Assembly (NCBI GenBank): GCA_964655755.1
Contig: CAZZNJ010000002.1
Coordinates: 1 to 53,371 of the forward strand
Length of the DNA stretch: 53,371 nucleotides
Reading direction: 5' to 3'
Source of the DNA: an uncultured Pseudomonadales bacterium
GTDB lineage: Bacteria; Patescibacteriota; Microgenomatia; UBA1400; UBA12108
In this document: positions 17,301-27,515 of the stretch, one piece after another
Layout of the letters: every line of letters starts with the position of its first letter
How positions within the stretch are numbered: position 1 is the first letter of the stretch
The notes under the pieces: model-generated
Databases searched by the model: none
Told to the model about the DNA's origin: nothing
What the model saw: the letters and a program-made list of their open reading frames with translations, nothing else
Program-made: the position numbers and the translations under genes

Positions 17301-19644
17301 TCATCAAAATCATTCTGTATCTAAACATTATGACGTCGAAGGGATGCACTGTGCCAGCTGCGCCAGCATCATCAAGCGCAAGCTAGAGAAATTACCTGGG
17401 ATCGAGGCTGCAGATGTCAATCTACCCAAAGAAACTGCCATGGTTACCATGAGCAACTTAATCGACACAAGCGCTCTTAATGAAACTATCTCGCCCCTAG
17501 GCTACCACTTAAAAGAAAAAAAAGATATCCAAAAAAAAGAGGCTAAAAATACTCATGCAATGAGCGACATGACTCTAGCCGACACCACAAATCCAATGAG
17601 TCCTCACTATGGTCATGACATGGGGGCAGTTGTAACTAGCGACGCATCTAAAAAAGCCGCAAAACTTGCCGAACTCGATAATCTCAAACAAAAAACTGAG
17701 TTTTCGATGCCTATCGCGCTAGTGGTTTTTGTGCTGATGATTTGGGATCTCTTAGCTACTCAGCTCTCCGTTCTTCCCGGGCTTCCTATTTCAATGATGG
17801 CCTTTAATCGGATGAGTTTCATCTTGTCTACACCCATCCTTTTCTGGATTGGACAGCCTTATCTCCAGGGGATTATGCGGTTTATTAAATATCGCGTCGC
17901 CAACATGGATAGCCTAGTTGGTATCGGTACTCTAGTGGCCTATGTGTATAGCTCGGTTCTGCTCCTCTTTCCTGAGATTGGGGCTTATCTCGGTACTCCT
18001 GAGGGATTATATTTTGATGTGACCATCGTTGTTATTGGGTTTATTACTTTAGGCAAATTCTTAGAGGCGCGCTCCAAGTTAAAAACTGGGGAAGCAATTG
18101 AAAAACTCTTAAGTCTGCAGGCTAAGACAGCACTTGTGTTAAGAGGAGGCCAGGAAATTGAAATTCCGATCAGCGAGGTAGTAGTCGGTGACACTGTTAT
18201 TGTTAAGCCCGGAGCCAAAATCCCGGTCGATGGCAAGATAATTATGGGCGAAACTAGCGTTGACGAGTCAATGCTGACTGGTGAACCGCTCCCCGTTGAT
18301 AAGGTTGTGGGTGATAAGGTCGTGGGGGGCACCTTAAACAAACAGGGTAGTATTCAGTTTACCGCGACGGTCGTAGGTAACGACACCGTCCTATCTCAAA
18401 TTATCCAAATGGTCGAAACTGCCCAGGGTAGCAAAGCTCCCATTGAGAGGTTAACCGATTCGATCTCTGCTGTATTTGTCCCCATCGTCTTAGCATTATC
18501 TGTCCTCACCTTTATTGTTTGGACATTGCTAGGTAATCCCCTCCTCGGTCTACTAAGTTTCGTTGGCATCCTGGTTATCGCCTGTCCCTGTGCTTTGGGT
18601 CTCGCCACCCCTACCGCCATTATTGTGGGAGTGGGCAAGGCTGCCGAAAAAGGGATATTGGTTAAGAATGCCGAAGAACTAGAAAAATTGCGTGCAGTTG
18701 ACTATGTTGTCCTCGACAAAACTGGAACATTAACTAAAGGTGCTCCTTCCGTAACACATTATCAGGCTGTTGGGGGTAATGGTCCTGACTTAATGCAAAT
18801 CCTTGCTTCGCTCGAAAATAAGTCAGAGCATCCATTGGCCGAGGCTATTGTCGCGCACGCCAAAGAAAAAAATCTCAAACTCTTGCCCGTAACTAGCTTT
18901 GCGGCCATTTCAGGTCAAGGGTTAAAAGGTAAGGTGGGAGGAGTCGAATATTTTGCCGGAAACACTAAATTAATGCAGCAACTTTCACTGACTGTTGATT
19001 CTGATGTGCTCAACAACTTTGCTCGCACTGGAGCTACCCCAATTATGCTCGCTACCAAAAAACAAATTCTAGCCTATTTGGGGATTAGTGACACCCTAAA
19101 ACCTGAATCTAAGCTGGCAATCAAAGATTTGCACTCCCTAGGGATTAAGGTTGCCATGCTAACCGGAGATCATCGTTTAACTGCCGAATACATTGGCAAA
19201 AATGTTGGTATTGATAGAGTGTTTGCTGAAGTCATGCCAGCTGACAAAGCCAATCATGTGAGAGAGCTCCAAGCCGAAGGTCACAGAGTTGCCATGGTGG
19301 GTGATGGTGTAAATGATGCACCTGCTCTAGCTACCAGTGACGTCGGTATAGCTATGGGCACAGGCACTGACGTTGCCATTGAGTCTGCCGGGCTCACACT
19401 CCTCGGTGGCAACCTCGCTCGGCTGCCATTGGCAGTCAAGCTGGCCCGTCGCACTTTTAGGGTGATTAAACAAAACCTTTTTTGGGCTTTCGCTTACAAC
19501 GTCCTCGGGATCCCGATCGCCGCTGGCGTTCTTTATCCTCTATTTGGCATCATACTCAGTCCCGCAATAGCTGGAGCGGCCATGGCGTTCTCTAGTGTCT
19601 CGGTTGTTACCAACTCTTTGCGCTTAAAAGCATCTCGTATATGA
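17293..19644 (+). CDS. copA: Copper-translocating P1B-type ATPase
   Basis: N-terminal [16 protein letters not shown] motif ([11 protein letters not shown]), DKTGTLT and GDGVNDAP. Confidence 0.95.
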   Translation: MNNHQNHSVSKHYDVEGMHCASCASIIKRKLEKLPGIEAADVNLPKETAMVTMSNLIDTSALNETISPLGYHLKEKKDIQKKEAKNTHAMSDMTLADTTNPMSPHYGHDMGAVVTSDASKKAAKLAELDNLKQKTEFSMPIALVVFVLMIWDLLATQLSVLPGLPISMMAFNRMSFILSTPILFWIGQPYLQGIMRFIKYRVANMDSLVGIGTLVAYVYSSVLLLFPEIGAYLGTPEGLYFDVTIVVIGFITLGKFLEARSKLKTGEAIEKLLSLQAKTALVLRGGQEIEIPISEVVVGDTVIVKPGAKIPVDGKIIMGETSVDESMLTGEPLPVDKVVGDKVVGGTLNKQGSIQFTATVVGNDTVLSQIIQMVETAQGSKAPIERLTDSISAVFVPIVLALSVLTFIVWTLLGNPLLGLLSFVGILVIACPCALGLATPTAIIVGVGKAAEKGILVKNAEELEKLRAVDYVVLDKTGTLTKGAPSVTHYQAVGGNGPDLMQILASLENKSEHPLAEAIVAHAKEKNLKLLPVTSFAAISGQGLKGKVGGVEYFAGNTKLMQQLSLTVDSDVLNNFARTGATPIMLATKKQILAYLGISDTLKPESKLAIKDLHSLGIKVAMLTGDHRLTAEYIGKNVGIDRVFAEVMPADKANHVRELQAEGHRVAMVGDGVNDAPALATSDVGIAMGTGTDVAIESAGLTLLGGNLARLPLAVKLARRTFRVIKQNLFWAFAYNVLGIPIAAGVLYPLFGIILSPAIAGAAMAFSSVSVVTNSLRLKASRI

Positions 19645-19654
19645 TAGGAGCACT

Positions 19655-20695
19655 ATGAATTTATGGTTAATTTTCTTAACTGGTTTAACTAGCGGGGGTG
19701 TTACCTGTGCTGCAATGCAGGGTGGCTTGCTCGCGAGCGTAATCGCTAACCAGAAAAAAGTAGCGTCTAATCCAGGACTAGGTAGAGATGATGTCGCCCC
19801 TGTCTCTGCGTTTCTAGTTGCCAAACTCATTAGCCACCTTATCCTCGGCGCTCTCCTCGGCTCCCTAGGTAGCGTGGTCGAGCTTTCGCTCACTGCCAAG
19901 TTATTCTTTCAGGGTTTTGCCGCTGCATTTATGCTCGCTTCGGCTCTTAACTTGTTAGACGTGCACCCTATCTTTCGCTATCTCTCCTTTACTCCTCCAA
20001 AGTGGGCCTACCGCCTACTCAAAAACAACGAGCAAAGCGCCAATCTTTTTGCTCCCAGCATTCTCGGATTTTTAACAGTGTTTATCCCTTGCGGTGTCAC
20101 CCAGGCCATGGCCGTGGTCGCCCTCTCTAGTAGCTCCGCCGTCCAGGGTGCACTCACCATGGGCGCGTTTGTACTTGGCACTATTCCCTTATTCTTTATA
20201 ATCGGGATTGGGACTTCACGGCTCTCAGAAGTCTGGCGTAGAGATTTTTTGCGTGCCGCTGCTCTCCTACTGATTTTTATGGCCGGTAGCTCAGTTAATG
20301 GGATCCTCCAAGTTATGGATAGCCCTTACTCCCTCCAGCGACTGGGTCCTCAACTAGTCAGATTACTCCCTCCATATGATCGCTCTACTCCTACAGGTTC
20401 TGATCCCAACGTAAGGCTCGAAAATGGTGTCCAAAAAGTCACGCTGACTGTTAGTAATGGTGGCTATTCCCCCCGCTATTTCCGGGTACAGTCCGGCGTG
20501 CCAGTCGAGCTCACGCTTGAGACGGACGGCCAGGTTTATAGCTGTGCCACTGCCTTTACCTTTAAAGCCTTCGATATTTACGAAATCCTAAAACCGATTG
20601 ATAGCAAAGTCCACAAATTTACCGCCACCAAAAAAGGCAAATACACCTATTCCTGTAGTATGGGGATGTATAGCGGCGTCATGGAGGTTATATGA
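19655..20695 (+). CDS. Polytopic membrane protein (TauE/SafE- or DsbD-like, COG2836-type) fused to a C-terminal cupredoxin-like domain
   Basis: N-terminal GGVTCAAMQGG motif and ~6 TM segments. C-terminal ~90 aa beta domain ending YSCSMGMYSGVMEV. Confidence 0.75.
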   Translation: MNLWLIFLTGLTSGGVTCAAMQGGLLASVIANQKKVASNPGLGRDDVAPVSAFLVAKLISHLILGALLGSLGSVVELSLTAKLFFQGFAAAFMLASALNLLDVHPIFRYLSFTPPKWAYRLLKNNEQSANLFAPSILGFLTVFIPCGVTQAMAVVALSSSSAVQGALTMGAFVLGTIPLFFIIGIGTSRLSEVWRRDFLRAAALLLIFMAGSSVNGILQVMDSPYSLQRLGPQLVRLLPPYDRSTPTGSDPNVRLENGVQKVTLTVSNGGYSPRYFRVQSGVPVELTLETDGQVYSCATAFTFKAFDIYEILKPIDSKVHKFTATKKGKYTYSCSMGMYSGVMEVI

Positions 20696-21111
20696 GGATA
20701 TTTTTGGTTGCTAGTATGAACTTCTACCCAAAATTAATCGAAGTACAGTCACAATTGGTGAACATGGGACACGTTGTAGAAATTCCAATTTCTGCCAAAA
20801 TGATGATAGATTCTGGATCCTTCGACCCAAGCAACTTTAAAGAGTCATTTACCAACCAGCAAAAAAAAGATTTTTTTAGAAATAATCTGGATCGCATGAA
20901 AGATTGTGACGCTATTTTGGTTATCAACGAAGAGAAGAACGGTATTGCAGGATACATAGGAACTAGTGTAATTATGGAAATCGGCATAGCCTTTTACTTA
21001 AACAAGAAAATTTATTTGTGGAATCCTATGTCTCCGGATGCAGCGTACAAACCAGAAATTGACGCTTTCGAAGCTATGGTTATTAACCAGGATATTACTC
21101 AAATTACTTAG
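20692..21111 (+). CDS. Nucleoside 2-deoxyribosyltransferase-like protein (tentative)
   Basis: 139 aa. AILVINEEKNGIAGYIGTSVIMEIGIAFYLNKKIY resembles the NDT/YtoQ Rossmann-like family. ATGA overlap with the upstream gene. Confidence 0.5.
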   Translation: MRIFLVASMNFYPKLIEVQSQLVNMGHVVEIPISAKMMIDSGSFDPSNFKESFTNQQKKDFFRNNLDRMKDCDAILVINEEKNGIAGYIGTSVIMEIGIAFYLNKKIYLWNPMSPDAAYKPEIDAFEAMVINQDITQIT

Positions 21112-21114
21112 CCT

Positions 21115-21354
21115 ATGTTTAACTTCCTAAAGTCAAAAAAAACTGGCGAGACAATCACCCTCAAGCTCTCAGGCCTGCACTGTGCAAGCTGTAGTCTCAA
21201 TATTGACGGCGAACTCGAAGAAATCAGTGGAGTAGTTAGTAGTAACACTAGTTATGCTAGGCAAGAATCAGTCATTACCTATGATCCCACTCTCGTTAAA
21301 CCTGACTCATTCATCAAAATCATCGAAAAATTAGGATACAAAGTGATTAGTTGA
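21115..21354 (+). CDS. copZ: Heavy-metal-associated (CopZ-like) copper chaperone
   Basis: 79 aa. GLHCASCSLNI (MxCxxC-type) HMA fold. Confidence 0.8.
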   Translation: MFNFLKSKKTGETITLKLSGLHCASCSLNIDGELEEISGVVSSNTSYARQESVITYDPTLVKPDSFIKIIEKLGYKVIS

Positions 21355-21413
21355 CATTCGGGTATGCTACGGTATTAAATAGAGTTGTTATTTAGTGTAT
21401 TTGGAGGTTGGGT

Positions 21414-22229
21414 ATGGTAGATGAACTAGCTATTTTCGAGGGTAAGCAGATTCGCAGACATTGGGACGATGTTAGGGAGTTGTGGTACTTCTCCGTAGTC
21501 GATGTTGTTGAAGTCTTGGCGGGTACAGATCGCCCCCGGAAATATTGGAACGACCTGAAGGTAAAGCTGCAAAACGAAGGCAGCGAACTGTCCGAAAAAA
21601 TCGGACAGTTGAAATTACTCTCTCCAGATGGCAAAAAAAGATTTACCGACTGTGCAGACACAGAGACAGTGTTTAGGATTATCCAGTCTATCCCCAGCAA
21701 AAATGCAGAGCCATTCAAGCTCTGGTTAGCTAGAGTGGGCTACGAGCGGGTAGAAGAAAGCGTCGATCCAGAGCGAGCAATTCACCGGGCTCTTGCTACC
21801 TACAAAAGACAAGGTAGGAGTGATGATTGGATCAATATGCGACTCAAAAGTATCGAGGTGCGCAAGGATCTAACAGATGAATGGGAGTGTAGGGGTGTCA
21901 AACAAGGTCGAGAGTTTGCATTATTAACCGACGACATAACTTTTGCGTGGGCTGGTCTAACCACCAAATCATACAAAAAATATAAAGGGTTAAAAAAAGA
22001 AAATCTCAGAGATAATATGACCAACCTAGAGCTAGTGCTCAATATGCTAGCCGAAGCCTCAACCAAAGAAATATCAATTAAGGAAAAGCCAGAGACATTT
22101 GAGCAAAACCGGCGGGTTGCGAAAAAAGGCGGGGGCGTCGCCAAAGTCGCTAGGGAGGAGCTAGAGTCAAAGACAGGTCACAAAGTTATCTCTCCCGCTA
22201 GATACACCGGACAGAAAAAGATAGAATAA
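21414..22229 (+). CDS. BRO-N domain / DinD-like (DNA-damage-inducible protein D family) protein, copy 1
   Basis: N-terminal FEGKQIRRHWDDVRELWYFSVVDVVEVL (Bro-N). C-terminal KGLKKENLRDNMTNLELVLNMLAEAST resembles E. coli DinD. GGAGG lies 6 nt before the ATG at 21414. Confidence 0.75.
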   Translation: MVDELAIFEGKQIRRHWDDVRELWYFSVVDVVEVLAGTDRPRKYWNDLKVKLQNEGSELSEKIGQLKLLSPDGKKRFTDCADTETVFRIIQSIPSKNAEPFKLWLARVGYERVEESVDPERAIHRALATYKRQGRSDDWINMRLKSIEVRKDLTDEWECRGVKQGREFALLTDDITFAWAGLTTKSYKKYKGLKKENLRDNMTNLELVLNMLAEASTKEISIKEKPETFEQNRRVAKKGGGVAKVAREELESKTGHKVISPARYTGQKKIE

Positions 22230-22235
22230 AAGTAT

Positions 22236-22853
22236 ATGTTACTCTTTCTGACCAGTCTCGCTAGAGAAACATTAGATCTATTGCCCCCACTCCTCCCCAA
22301 GCCCACCAAAGAGATAAAAGTTGCCTATATCACAACCGCCGCCGATCCATATCCCGCCGACAATCGCCCTTGGTACGATGGCAACCGCCAAAAGCTCGTA
22401 GACCTAGGTTTTGCTGTCACCGATTATGACCTAAAAGGTAAGACCAAAGTCGAGCTAACTACTGACCTCGCCCCATTCGATATTATTTATGTCGAAGGCG
22501 GAAATGTTTTCTACCTGCTCTATCACATGCGCCAATCAGGGATGGATCAGGTTCTCCCAAAACTACTCAATGCTGGCAAAATCTATGTTGGCAGCTCTGC
22601 GGGCTCTGCCGTGCTGTCACCTACCGTTGAACACGCCATGATGTTTGATAGTGTCGACGCCGCACCATTGCTCAAAGACTATCGAGGACTAGGCATTATT
22701 AAAGAGCAGATCCATCCTCATAGCGGCAAACCAAAGTATGCTGATCGCGAAAAAGATACGCTCGCCAAATGGGGGAGCAAACTAACCATCCTCCGCGATG
22801 ATCAGGTAATGATAGTCAATGGTGATAAAATAAGTATTACTGATAATAAATAG
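22236..22853 (+). CDS. Peptidase S51 (dipeptidase E-like), paralog 3
   Basis: VEGGNVFYLLY, GSSAGSAVLS and IHPHSG. Confidence 0.8.
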   Translation: MLLFLTSLARETLDLLPPLLPKPTKEIKVAYITTAADPYPADNRPWYDGNRQKLVDLGFAVTDYDLKGKTKVELTTDLAPFDIIYVEGGNVFYLLYHMRQSGMDQVLPKLLNAGKIYVGSSAGSAVLSPTVEHAMMFDSVDAAPLLKDYRGLGIIKEQIHPHSGKPKYADREKDTLAKWGSKLTILRDDQVMIVNGDKISITDNK

Positions 22854-22855
22854 TT

Positions 22856-24202
22856 ATGAAAAAGATAATCTCCACCAACCCAGCCGACAACTACAAAGTA
22901 ATTGGCGAGGTAGTAGCTAGCACCAAAGAAGAGATCGATCGAGTAGTATTTCTAGCTAATCAAGCTCGCATTCCATGGAGAGATTTAGGAGTGTACGCAA
23001 GGGTGGAGCTACTCAAAAAAGGATTAGAAATATTTATTGCTAATCAGTCAAAGATCTCGAGCATCATCTCACAAGAAATCGGCACACCACTATCCGAAGT
23101 CGAGAGTGAAGTATCTTGGGACTGGGGTTATTGGCAGTGGTTTTTGGACAATGCCTCTGTAGCCTTAAGTCCAGAAACTACCCATGAGTCAGCAACTGCA
23201 CTTCATGAGCTCCACTACGAACCACTCGGTTCTGTTTCAGTTATTACTCCATGGAACCTCCCATTCGATCTTTTTATTTGGGGTGTCATTCCCAATCTAC
23301 TCGCTGGCAACACCGTGATCTACAAAGCTGCCGAAGAGTGTGTTCTCTCGGGTCAATTATTTGGTCAGTTAATGGAAGAGATTGGCTTACCCACTGGAGT
23401 TTTTAACATTATTCATGGCGATGGTGCTGAGGGCAAATACCTGGTTAACTCTCAGATTGACGCCGTGTGGTTTACGGGTAGCACGGAGGTTGGACAACAG
23501 ATTTTTGAGACTGCCGGCAAAAAGTTTATCCGCACGATGTTAGAGCTGGGTGGTTCTAATCCAGTAGTAGTGTGCAAAGACGCCGATTTAGAGCTAGCCG
23601 GAAAATCAATAATATCTAAACGCTTCATGTTTAATGGTCAAACCTGCGACGCAGACAAGAGGTTGATAGTCCACAAATCAATCAAAGAGGAGTTGGTCCA
23701 GCTTTTGGTAGAAAAACTTAAAAAAATACCTACTTTGCCCCTAGTCTCCGCTAAGCAACTAGATCTAATTACTAAACAAGTTAGCGATTCGATAGCTATG
23801 GGTGCCAAGATAATTGTCGGTGGGGATGTCGCAACAGAGCTTAAGGGTGCATACTATGCCCCAACATTGTTGGGTAACATAAAACCTGACATGCCTGTAT
23901 GGAGAGAAGAGGTATTTGGCCCAGTTTTGCCGATTATGAGTTTTACGACTAACGAAGAGGCGCTCGCATTAGCCAATAATACTATTTATGGTTTAGGTTC
24001 TCAGGTATTTACGAAAAATAAAGAAGTAGCTGATTATTTTGCCCATAACATCCAAGCAGGCAATGTTGATATAAATGGCGTCGGGCACTTTATCCCCCAA
24101 AATCCATTTGGGGGATACAAAAATTCGGGCATGGGCAGGGAGCATGGACTTCACGGTTTCCGCGAGCTCTGCCAAATCAAGACAATCTCCCGTCCAAAGT
24201 AA
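22856..24202 (+). CDS. NAD(P)-dependent aldehyde dehydrogenase
   Basis: FTGSTEVG, ELGGSNP and catalytic Cys in FNGQTCDA. Confidence 0.9.
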   Translation: MKKIISTNPADNYKVIGEVVASTKEEIDRVVFLANQARIPWRDLGVYARVELLKKGLEIFIANQSKISSIISQEIGTPLSEVESEVSWDWGYWQWFLDNASVALSPETTHESATALHELHYEPLGSVSVITPWNLPFDLFIWGVIPNLLAGNTVIYKAAEECVLSGQLFGQLMEEIGLPTGVFNIIHGDGAEGKYLVNSQIDAVWFTGSTEVGQQIFETAGKKFIRTMLELGGSNPVVVCKDADLELAGKSIISKRFMFNGQTCDADKRLIVHKSIKEELVQLLVEKLKKIPTLPLVSAKQLDLITKQVSDSIAMGAKIIVGGDVATELKGAYYAPTLLGNIKPDMPVWREEVFGPVLPIMSFTTNEEALALANNTIYGLGSQVFTKNKEVADYFAHNIQAGNVDINGVGHFIPQNPFGGYKNSGMGREHGLHGFRELCQIKTISRPK

Positions 24203-24240
24203 AGCAAATTAACTTTACTATTAACTATTGGGGGTGAAAT

Positions 24241-24519
24241 ATGTCAAAGCATTTAACCCACGATGAGCTAAATTATAGGCTGGCAGAGGCATCAGTCAAA
24301 GTCGTTCTTGGCGGGGTCTACCGCCACTACAAATATCCCGAACGCAAGTATTTTGTCGAAAAAATAGCCATCCAAGAAGAATCTCAAAAAGTCTGTGTCA
24401 TCTACAAAGATATCGCTGGTCTCTCCTCCCCTAGTTTTGTACGCGACCTCGACTCCTGGTTAGAACACGTTGAGTGGGAGGGAAAAAAAGTACCTCGCTT
24501 TTTATTACTAAACAAATAA
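24241..24519 (+). CDS. DUF1653-like small protein
   Basis: 92 aa. YRHYK...Y...VCVIYKD pattern. Confidence 0.6.
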   Translation: MSKHLTHDELNYRLAEASVKVVLGGVYRHYKYPERKYFVEKIAIQEESQKVCVIYKDIAGLSSPSFVRDLDSWLEHVEWEGKKVPRFLLLNK

Positions 24520-24560
24520 GCGTATACTGAAGGTATTAATAATACTGAGCTTGCCGAAGT

Positions 24561-25061
24561 ATGAAATTTACCTGGCCCTGGAACAAACCGAAAGACAACT
24601 ACTGGTTTCTCTTGCTATTTATCGTACTCGCACAGGCTGCCGGGCTCCTCGGCTCACTCTTTACTTTTTCGGCCATTCCCACTTGGTATGCCACCCTCGA
24701 AAAACCGCTCTTTTCGCCTCCCAACTATCTCTTTGGTCCCGTCTGGACGACGCTCTACACCCTGATGGGTATTTCAGCTTACCTGATCTACCGCCGCTAC
24801 CAGTTTGGCAAGAAAGCCCAGCCCTTTTGGCAGGTTTACTGGACGCAACTAATCCTAAATAGCATGTGGTCAATCCTCTTTTTTGGTTTCAAGTCACCGT
24901 TATTTGCCTTCCTCGAAATTATCATCTTGTGGTACTACATCTACCGCACCTTGCGCACGTCTTACCCTCTCAATCACCTCGCCTCCTTTCTCCTCTACCC
25001 CTACCTCGCCTGGGTTAGTTTTGCCTCTCTCCTCAACCTTGCTATACTGATCCTCAACTAA
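24561..25061 (+). CDS. tspO: TspO/MBR tryptophan-rich sensory protein
   Basis: WYATLEKPLFSPPNYLFGPVWTTLYTLMG; five TM segments. Confidence 0.9.
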   Translation: MKFTWPWNKPKDNYWFLLLFIVLAQAAGLLGSLFTFSAIPTWYATLEKPLFSPPNYLFGPVWTTLYTLMGISAYLIYRRYQFGKKAQPFWQVYWTQLILNSMWSILFFGFKSPLFAFLEIIILWYYIYRTLRTSYPLNHLASFLLYPYLAWVSFASLLNLAILILN

Positions 25062-25088
25062 AAACTCTTACTCTCACGGAGTCTTATT

Positions 25089-27515
25089 ATGTTCCCCGAG
25101 TATCCAGGACTCTCCTCTGCGGAGGTCCTCAAACAAAAAGCCAAGTTTGGCAAAAATACTCTCCCGACTCCCGCGCCACCTACCAGGATTCAGATCTTTT
25201 TCTCCCAATTCAAAAATCCATTTGTTTACATCCTGCTTGCGGCCACTCTGGTTACCTTCCTCATCAGCCACTATAGTGACGCCGCCATCATTTTGGCTGC
25301 CGTCCTGATCAACTCGATCCTCGGTTATGTCCAAGAATATCGAGCCGGTAGTGCCCTAAATGCCCTCAAAAACTACCTCACTAGCCAGGTCAAAGTTAAG
25401 CGGGATCATAAGCTCCTGAGTCTCGAATCCAGCGAGCTCGTTCCCGGAGACGTTGTTATTCTTGATGCCGGTAGTCGTGTCCCTGCCGATGGCACGGCCC
25501 TGTTTGTCAACCGCGTTAGTCTCAACGAGTCCATCCTAACGGGCGAAAGTCGGTCCATCACCAAAGCCGTCAAAGATGAGGTCTATATGGGGACCATCAT
25601 CGTTACTGGCCAACTGGTCATGCGGGTGCAGCACATCGGCCGTGACACAAAAATGGGGGAGATTGCCGATCGACTCGGTACTGACTCACCCCCCACTCCC
25701 CTAGAACTTCAACTCAAAAAACTGAGCCACCAAATCCTCAAGGTCATTGCCTTTCTCCTTGCGCTCGTTATTACTCTGGGGATTATCCGACAACTCCCGC
25801 TTAGCGAAATTTTTTTGACTGCCGTTGCCCTGGCCGTTTCGAGTATCCCCGAGGGGCTAATCGTCTCCTTAACCATTATACTCGCCCTCGGGATGCAAAA
25901 AATCTTACGTTATCGGGGCTTGGTCCGTCGCCTCTCCTCCGCCGAGACCTTGGGTGGTGTCACTGTGATTTGTGTCGACAAAACCGGCACGCTTACGACC
26001 GGCATTTTGAGTGTGGTTTCAACCATTGGCGACAAAAAAAATCTTGCCGCGCAGATTCAAAGTTCGAGCGATCATGACGACCCCTTGGTTGTCGCCGCCT
26101 ATGACTGGTCAAAAACCATCAAATTTTCCAGCCAAAAACTGCTTACCAATCGCCTAGATACTTTGCCCTTCGAATCCCATCGGCGCTTTGCTGCTACCCT
26201 GCACCCTAACGGCTCCCATCACACTCTCTACGTTAGCGGCGCACCCGAGACTATCTTAGGCGCCCTATCTCCTAATAGTCCTCGCCCCGCTGACTTGCGA
26301 GCCAAGCTAGCTTCGTGGACCAAAGCCGGCAAACGCGTCGTCGCCTATGCCACCCGCACAGTCCCCAGTAACACCCAAACTCTCCAAGAAAAAGAAGTTC
26401 TCAAAAACCTCACTTTTGCTGGTCTGATCGCCTTTGACGACCCCGTTAGACTTAGTGTGGCTCCTGCTCTGGTGCAGACCAAACAAGCCGGGATCAGACT
26501 CATGGTTATAACCGGCGACTACGCTACAACTGCCCAAAACGTGCTCGCGTCTCTTGGTCTTAACCTCACGCCCAACCAAATCATGTTGGGCGATGATTTT
26601 GCCCGCCTCTCCGCTGCCGACCGCGCGGGCGCCGTCAATAATACTCTGCTTTTTGCCCGCACGACCCCTGCCCAAAAACTCGCAATCGTCGAAGCTCTCA
26701 AACAAAACGGCGAGGTTGTGGCGATGATGGGGGACGGCGTCAACGACGCGCCCTCTCTCCATCGCGCCGATATTGGGGTGGTTGTCGGCACCGCCACCGA
26801 CGTCGCCAAAGAAACTGCCGACCTCGTTCTCTTAGATTCTAATTTTGCGACCATTATTCGTGCTATCCGCCAAGGGCGCATCATTTTTAACAACTTACGC
26901 AAAATCATCCTCTACCTACTTTCTGGCGCTTTTGCCGAGATCTTGGTCGTGACTTTTGCCCTGTTTGCGGATCTCCCGCTCCCGCTCGCGGCCGCCCAGA
27001 TCCTCTGGATCAACATCGTCTCCGATGGCGCCCCCGCCCTCGCCTTAACCATTGATCCACCCCACAGTCGCCTGATGCACGAACCTCCTCGTCGTCCTAC
27101 CGAGCCGCTGCTCACGCTCTGGATGCGCTACTTGATTGTGTTAGTTAGCACCCTGTCTGCGCTCCTCGCCTACGCCATCTATCTCTATACGCTCAATACT
27201 ACCCAAGACTACCTCCTAGCCCGCTCGCTCGCTTTTCTGTCACTCGGTTTTAACTCCCTCACTTACGTTTTTTCTGTTCGCCTCCTTACTATTCCTTTTT
27301 GGAAAGAAGCTCTATTTGCCAATCGCCTCCTCCTCGGAGCCGTTGCTATCGGAATCGGTTTGCAGCTCCTCCCCTTCATCCTTAGTCCACTGCGTGCCTT
27401 TTTTGGGGTAGTCGCCCTCGCCCCAGCCTATTACTTCTATACTTTTGCCTCCTCCCTCCTCCTCTTTTTGGCCGTCGAAATCTTTAAGACTATTCTCCAC
27501 AAAGCTCGCTCTTAG
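25089..27515 (+). CDS. P-type cation-transporting ATPase, type IIA-like (Ca2+/Mg2+)
   Basis: Cation_ATPase_N-like LSSAEVLKQKAKFGKNTL, TGES, CVDKTGTLT and [10 protein letters not shown]. Confidence 0.9.
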   Translation: MFPEYPGLSSAEVLKQKAKFGKNTLPTPAPPTRIQIFFSQFKNPFVYILLAATLVTFLISHYSDAAIILAAVLINSILGYVQEYRAGSALNALKNYLTSQVKVKRDHKLLSLESSELVPGDVVILDAGSRVPADGTALFVNRVSLNESILTGESRSITKAVKDEVYMGTIIVTGQLVMRVQHIGRDTKMGEIADRLGTDSPPTPLELQLKKLSHQILKVIAFLLALVITLGIIRQLPLSEIFLTAVALAVSSIPEGLIVSLTIILALGMQKILRYRGLVRRLSSAETLGGVTVICVDKTGTLTTGILSVVSTIGDKKNLAAQIQSSSDHDDPLVVAAYDWSKTIKFSSQKLLTNRLDTLPFESHRRFAATLHPNGSHHTLYVSGAPETILGALSPNSPRPADLRAKLASWTKAGKRVVAYATRTVPSNTQTLQEKEVLKNLTFAGLIAFDDPVRLSVAPALVQTKQAGIRLMVITGDYATTAQNVLASLGLNLTPNQIMLGDDFARLSAADRAGAVNNTLLFARTTPAQKLAIVEALKQNGEVVAMMGDGVNDAPSLHRADIGVVVGTATDVAKETADLVLLDSNFATIIRAIRQGRIIFNNLRKIILYLLSGAFAEILVVTFALFADLPLPLAAAQILWINIVSDGAPALALTIDPPHSRLMHEPPRRPTEPLLTLWMRYLIVLVSTLSALLAYAIYLYTLNTTQDYLLARSLAFLSLGFNSLTYVFSVRLLTIPFWKEALFANRLLLGAVAIGIGLQLLPFILSPLRAFFGVVALAPAYYFYTFASSLLLFLAVEIFKTILHKARS

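Noticed and set aside
24551-24862. 103-aa ORF overlapping the TspO gene in another frame.
   Set aside because: The 24561-25061 frame gives a canonical TspO/MBR sequence. The alternative frame is Arg/Leu/Pro-rich with no recognisable features.
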